NCBI RefSeq assembly: GCF_001194135.2
Contig: NC_068981.1
Span: 11,435,152 to 11,477,757 of the forward strand
DNA length: 42,606 nucleotides
Direction of reading: 5' to 3'
Origin: Octopus bimaculoides
Lineage: Eukaryota
The translations under genes and the position numbers were made by a program. Under the pieces are notes generated by a model, which saw only the letters and a program-made list of their open reading frames with translations, made no database searches and had not been told where the DNA came from. Position 1 is the stretch's first letter. Each line of letters opens with the position of its first letter. Shown here in pieces: positions 36,850-42,606 of the stretch.

Positions 36850-36884
36850 TTTTATGTTTCGAGCAAAGCTCTTCTTCAGAAACG
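36850..36884 (-). ncRNA. Minimal type-I hammerhead motif with canonical core
   Basis: GUUU-CUGAAGA-A-GAGCuuuGCUC-GAAA-CA-UA-AAAC: 4-bp stems I and II, ACAU (probable CpG decay of palindromic ACGU), AUA site. Confidence 0.7.
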
Positions 36885-37019
36885 CGACACAGAGGAAAAT
36901 TCAATAGAGAAGGAAGTCGGAAGAAAAATAATTGCCAACCATTCACATGTGCTTACATTTTTAAATGTCCGGAAGGGAATGGGGGAAGAAAAAGTTCTTT
37001 CTAAGACAGGAGAGTGCAA

Positions 37020-37970
37020 GAGGAGGTATACGTGTGTATGTGTGGGTATGTGCATGCGCGCGAGTCTTTCCGTGTGTGTCTGTAATAGCATGTGAGTGCG
37101 TATGTGTGTATGTGTTGTGTGTGTGGTGTTTGTGTGATGTTGGCTGTTTATATGTGTATATGTCAGTGAACTTTGTGTCCCATAACGTAGGAAGGATTCT
37201 GCAGCATGGTAACAGGAGTGGTGGTCCTTTGTGTAGTTGTGTGTCCTTGTGTGTATGTATGTGTCTATGTATATGGTGTGTGTATGTGTATTTTATGTGT
37301 AGTGTATGCATGCATTTGTTTGTGTGCGTGGGGTCGTGCGTGGGATTGTGTGTAGGGTTGTGTGTGTGGAGTTATATGTGCGTCCCTATGTATGCGTGCG
37401 CGTGCGTGTACGTGCGTGTGTGTGCGTGTGTATGCGTGTATGTGCGTGTGTATGCGTGTTCTTTGTGTGCATGTATATATGTGTGTGTTGGTGGGGTTGT
37501 GTGTGGAGGTATATGCTCGTTCTTGTGCGTGTTTTCGCGTCCGTGTGTGTCTGTGTATCTGTGTGTGCATGTGTGTGCGTGTGTGTGTATGTGCGTATAG
37601 TTGTGTGTACGTGTGTGCGTATATGTGAGCGTATGTGCATGTATGTGTGCGTCTGTGTGTGTGTGTGTGGAGGGGGGTGTTAGAGGGGGGGTATGCTCGT
37701 GCGTGTGTTGTGTATGTATTTGAATGTATGAGTGCGTGTACGTGTATGTGTGTGCATGTATGTGCGTGTTGTGTATGTGTGTGGTGTGTGTTTGATGTAT
37801 ATGTGAGGTGTATGTGCATTCATGCGTGTGTATGTGTGTGTGCGTGCATGTATGTGTGTGTATGTGTCTGCATTTCTGTTTTGGCGTGTGTATTTGTGTG
37901 GTATATGTGGGAGGTACATGTGTGTGTTTGTGTGTGTGTTTATGTACGTGTGTGTATGTATGTGTGCGTG
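37020..37970. repeat. Long cryptic (GT)-rich degenerate simple-sequence tract
   Basis: About 950 bp of interrupted GT/GTAT/GCGT with short unique islands. Confidence 0.9.
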
Positions 37971-38469
37971 TATACAGAAATAAAATAAAATATAATAAAA
38001 GTNNNNNNNNNNNNNNNNNNNNNNNNNNNNNNNNNNNNNNNNNNNNNNNNNNNNNNNNNNNNNNNNNNNNNNNNNNNNCGTGTGTGTATGTATGTGTGCG
38101 TGTATACAGAAATAAAATAAAATATAATAAAAGTAAGATCGATGAAAAAGGGGGAATGGGGGGAAGGGTGCAAGATGTAAAAATAAAAAAAATCAATAAA
38201 CTACAAAAAAATATCACACATGAGATAAGAAATAAAAAATTAAATAATTAAAATTAAAGGGATAAAATAAAAATTAATACAATTATAGAAAAAATGTATG
38301 CAATTAAAAAGTGTAAAAATTCGACGGCAAAAAAAAAACGATAAAACATCGAAAAATAGGTAACACTGTAAAAAAGTAAGTGGATATAAGAGTGGATAAA
38401 ATAAAATTAAATAAAATTAAAAGTTGATTTTTTAAGGAGGGTGTAGAGACAGTCGTTACGAGGAGGGAC

Positions 38470-38600
38470 TTGTGTTGAGTCCGTGGGAATTTGTGTAGAC
38501 TGAAAATGTAACGTTGTTCCAGGTGGAGTCGCGAGTGTGGTGGGGTCCGTGGTTTAAGGCGAGGCCAGAAACGAAGATATAATAAGGGGCTAGTGGTCAT
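38470..38600 (-). mobile_element. Penelope-like GIY-YIG endonuclease C-terminus
   Basis: VSGLALNHG...RLHLEQRYIFSL...(frameshift)HGLN matches the PLE terminal pattern S..GL......R...EQ..IF.L....P.GLN. Confidence 0.62.
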
Positions 38601-38714
38601 TGAACCTGGACTTTAGAATTCAGGTGAGAGTGCGTAAGTTTAAGTATATATATGGGTGCGTGTTTATATATGTGTTTATATGTAAATATGTATGTATGTA
38701 TCTATATGATCGTC

Positions 38715-38885
38715 TGTATTCTTTTATTCTTTTTCACTTGTTCCAGTCATTTGACTGCGACCATGTTGGAGCACCGCCTTTATTCAAACAAATCGACCTC
38801 AGTACTTATTCTTTGTAAGCCTTGTACTTGTTCTATCGGGCTCTTTTGGACAAACGCTAAGTTACGGGAACGTAAACACAGACAC
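38715..38885 (-). mobile_element. 3' half of a CORE-type SINE (head probably in the gap)
   Basis: cttgttccagtcatttgactgcgaccatgttggagcaccgcc...gctaagttacgggaacgtaaaca matches the reverse complement of ~4590-4740. Confidence 0.88.
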
Positions 38886-38938
38886 ACAAATACATACATA
38901 TATACATACATATGTACATACATACACACACACACACA

Positions 38939-38989
<51 letters not shown>

Positions 38990-39873
38990 NNNNNNNNNNN
39001 NNNNNNNNNNNNNNNNNNNNNNNNNNNNNNNNNNNNNNNNNNNNNNNNNNNNNNNNNNNNNNNNNNNNNNNNNNNNNNNNNNNNNNNNNNNNNNNNNNNN
39101 NNNNNNNNNNNNNNNNNNNNNNNNNNNNNNNNNNNNNNNNNNNNNNNNNNNNNNNNNNNNNNNNNNNNNNNNNNNNNNNNNNNNNNNNNNNNNNNNNNNN
39201 NNNNNNNNNNNNNNNNNNNNNNNNNNNNNNNNNNNNNNNNNNNNNNNNNNNNNNNNNNNNNNNNNNNNNNNNNNNNNNNNNNNNNNNNNNNNNNNNNNNN
39301 NNNNNNNNNNNNNNNNNNNNNNNNNNNNNNNNNNNNNNNNNNNNNNNNNNNNNNNNNNNNNNNNNNNNNNNNNNNNNNNNNNNNNNNNNNNNNNNNNNNN
39401 NNNNNNNNNNNNNNNNNNNNNNNNNNNNNNNNNNNNNNNNNNNNNNNNNNNNNNNNNNNNNNNNNNNNNNNNNNNNNNNNNNNNNNNNNNNNNNNNNNNN
39501 NNNNNNNNNNNNNNNNNNNNNNNNNNNNNNNNNNNNNNNNNNNNNNNNNNNNNNNNNNNNNNNNNNNNNNNNNNNNNNNNNNNNNNNNNNNNNNNNNNNN
39601 NNNNNNNNNNNNNNNNNNNNNNNNNNNNNNNNNNNNNNNNNNNNNNNNNNNNNNNNNNNNNNNNNNNNNNNNNNNNNNNNNNNNNNNNNNNNNNNNNNNN
39701 NNNNNNNNNNNNNNNNNNNNNNNNNNNNNNNNNNNNNNNNNNNNNNNNNNNNNNNNNNNNNNNNNNNNNNNNNNNNNNNNNNNNNNNNNNNNNNNNNNNN
39801 NNNNNNNNNNNNNNNNNNNNNNNNNNNNNNNNNNNNNNNNNNNNNNNNNNNNNNNNNNNNNNNNNNNNNNNNN

Positions 39874-39900
39874 GTAGGGTTAGGGTTAGGGTTAGGGTTA
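39874..39900 (+). repeat. Short (TTAGGG)n telomere-like run after a gap
   Basis: gtagggttagggttagggttagggtta. Confidence 0.85.
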
Positions 39901-40494
39901 AAGCAAATTTAAAATGAAAAAAGCAAATAAAACGAAGGTATGGAGATTAAATACGCTTTACATCGCTTAATCAGCCAAAGGAGTAAATGTAAACAACTGA
40001 ATACTTGTCAGTGATTGGTTGAAATTATCGAAATAAGACAATTTTTTACATGAAATAAATTCGAATACAAAAATATTTTTCTGTTCTATAACACAAAATA
40101 GATAAGTGTTCGAAGTTTGAAAGTCTTTCCGTACCAAAAACACTACGTAAAACATTAATAAAAAATGTGGCCCCCCGTTTTAAAATAGATCCTAAAAATC
40201 TCCTGTTCAACCAACCTCTTAACAACATGTACAACCAATAACCATTTCATTAACTAGAAATATACATAAGTGCGCGCATATTTACACACAGAAATATGTA
40301 GGTCTAATAATTTAACTCAGTATTTATACATATACTACTTGTCGTACTAACAACTTTTCTTCTCATATAATAAGAAATATGTAATGTTAAAAACAATGTA
40401 ATGTCAAAAACAATGCAATATTCGTATTTCTTGCTATGAGCCATAATTAGGAAGTTTCGCACAAATGTAAGACATATATTTTGACATCTCACAA

Positions 40495-40563
<69 letters not shown>

Positions 40564-40575
40564 CCTATCTATATC
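40495..40575. repeat. (CTAT)n microsatellite
   Basis: Direct reading. Confidence 0.96.
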
Positions 40576-41699
40576 AGTTTATAAGCATATATAGATGTCT
40601 GTGTACATATAACTATAAGTGTTTATATATTTATACATATTTATCAATAAATCTATAGAGATATGCATCAGCTAATGTGTTTCTCTTACATCCTGTTTGT
40701 ATGTTTTCATTTCAAATTTCCGACGCTTTAACTCACTTTCATAGAAAAACACACGCAACATTAAATTGGAATTTGCTACAGTTTTCTGCTTGTTATTCGG
40801 AACAAAATAGCACGAAAACAATAATATTTGGAGATATTACCAAATCTTCTGTAACCAAACGTTTTTAAGTATTAGATCAATGACTGGCTTCTTTTCACGC
40901 ACCAGTGAAAAATACTATGTTTTAAATTAACTTTCTGTTTTTGCTTGAATAATTATTTCATCAGTTGACAGGTTATCACAACTCCGTAGAATACCGCCTT
41001 CTCCAAATGGTAATAAATATTTTTCCTTTATTGACAGTCGTTACACACTACTATTGATTTTTGTTTGTTTTTGTTTTAGGAAGAGAAATGGCGAACATAA
41101 ACATTTGAGAAAACAATCAATATTGTCATTATATTCTGCATTGCGAAAAAATATTAATGTTCGTCCGGTATTTAAAGATAAATAAGTGCGGCGATGTTCG
41201 TTATATTCTGATGAAATGCAATTATGCTCTGTATATATATATATATATATATATATAAGGTTCACTCTGAGATTTCCTTTAAATTATATTCAAAATTAAA
41301 AGCATCGCTGTTAATTAGATTTCAGTTGAGTTTATGACTTCGCTACTTTATTCATATGAAGACTAATTAAGAGACGAAGAAAGAGATTGATCTAAGTTAA
41401 TGTCTATGTACATACGTACATAAACACACACACACACGCACACAAATACTCACGCACATACATAACACAGGCATTGACCATTCAAACTACATAATATATA
41501 ACATAATGTTATATAAAACAAACAATACATAAGTGCATTACATCAAGAGTGAGATTTGCGCACTAAGATTTTATATGAAAATCATCGAGTTTTTTTCTGA
41601 TAAATTATTTGAATACTTTATGATGCAAATACGATGCCAATCTAATTTGGAAATACACGTACCACACACTCACAGATGGAAACACGCATATTCACACAT

Positions 41700-42195
41700 G
41701 TATTAATTTAGTCCCATTTATTGCCAGACTAACATCAAGCACTTTAGAAAACTATATCATATGATATTAAAACCATTATGTAATAATGATAACTACCTTC
41801 ATCGGAGATGAATGATATTTTTTGAATTACACATATTAAGGCCTGCACCAAGACACAATTCAATTTAACTTTCACGTAAAAAAAAATCTCTACACCGATA
41901 TCCCACAGCATCTAGGAATAGAAGCCGTGAAATTATCGTGTTTGATATCCCGCAAAATAACACACCAGAAAGATTCTAAAGAGAAATCATACAAGGCTGG
42001 AAATGAATACATTGAAAATAATCTTTGGCAACAACATATACACAGAAATAAAATGGGGCAGAAAAGTAACCCCTACATATGCAACACAATTTAAGGGCTT
42101 CTTATAAGATATACTATCAACTACAGTTCAACCAAAACATTCAGCAAATATACAAGGAACAATTGGAACTGTATAAGTGTTTTATTGTTTGAAAT
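41700..42195 (+). mobile_element. Penelope-like reverse transcriptase remnant
   Basis: ILKPLC; DFLNY; TF(D)VKNLYTDIPQHLGIEAV (motif A); PERF; IENN; MGRKVTPTYA..KGFL (motif B'); NW....CFIV (motif C region). Confidence 0.75.
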
Positions 42196-42249
42196 AGATA
42201 TTCAAAAGATGTAAGGCATGTCGTTGGATTGTGAATTAATAATTTAATA

Positions 42250-42606
42250 AGAATCGTTAGCGCGCCAGACGCAATGCTTAACGGTATTCAGAAACGTTAG
42301 CACGCCGGGCGAAATGCTTAGCGGTATTTCGTCTGCTGTGACGTTCTGAGTTCAAATTCCGCCGAGGTCAACTTTGCCTTTCATCCTTCCGGGGTCGATA
42401 AATTAAGTACCAGTTACGCACTGGGGTCGATGTAATCGACTTAATACCTTTGTCTGTCCTTGTTTGTCCCCTCTATGTTTAACCCCTTGTGGGCAATAAA
42501 GAAATAGGTATTTCCTGCGTCGCTACGCTCTGCATTCAAATTTCGCCGAGGTAGACTTTACGTTTTATCCTTTCGTGGTCGATAAAATAAGTACTAGTTG
42601 AAAACT
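42250..42606 (+). mobile_element. Old SINE copy interrupted by a young copy of the same family
   Basis: Head agaatcgttagcgcgccagacgcaatgcttaacggtatt; resumes at ggtatttcctgcgtcgctacgctctgcattcaaatttcgccgagg. Confidence 0.8.
42289..42506 (+). mobile_element. Young tRNA-derived SINE with GGTATT TSD
   Basis: cagaaacgttagcacgccgggcgaaatgcttagcggtatttc...gagttcaaattcc (B-box-like)...aataaagaaata; GGTATT at 42283-42288 and 42507-42512. Confidence 0.9.

Noticed and set aside
37947-38134. Exact ~56-bp duplication across the 38003-38078 gap
   Set aside because: Assembly overlap artefact
36961-38251. Many long His/Thr- or Val/Cys-rich ORFs
   Set aside because: Translations of (CA)/(GT) simple sequence and N-runs, as with similar ORFs elsewhere in the track
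40925-40970. Minus-strand CUGAUGA followed by GAAA
   Set aside because: No stem I, II or III complementarity. The same applies to isolated cores near 10097 and 41206

Overview
Eukaryotic, AT-rich, gap-containing (N-run) genomic DNA, dense in microsatellites and decayed transposable elements. The tRNA-derived SINEs look like those of octopus, so a cephalopod origin is inferred. No intact protein-coding gene was found, and most ORF-track entries are microsatellite read-throughs. Recognisable relics are a Ty3/Gypsy gag, Tx1-, R4/Dong- and RTE-type LINE pieces, Penelope-like element (PLE) RT and GIY-YIG pieces, Tc1, mariner, a DD37-like Tc1/mariner, piggyBac, probable hAT, MITEs and three SINE families, with several clean nested insertions. 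The main unexpected signal is a set of hammerhead ribozyme (HHR) motifs. One is a full type-I HHR with an intact core (7921-7970, minus). Three are minimal PLE-type HHRs (11771-11806, 32192-32227, 36850-36884), each running into (TA)n within about 80-100 nt downstream, and one is a degenerate pair (6795-6870). Two HHRs lie downstream of PLE endonuclease remnants on the same strand. A few candidate host exons on the minus strand are reported with low confidence. All family assignments come from manual translation and remembered motifs, not database searches.
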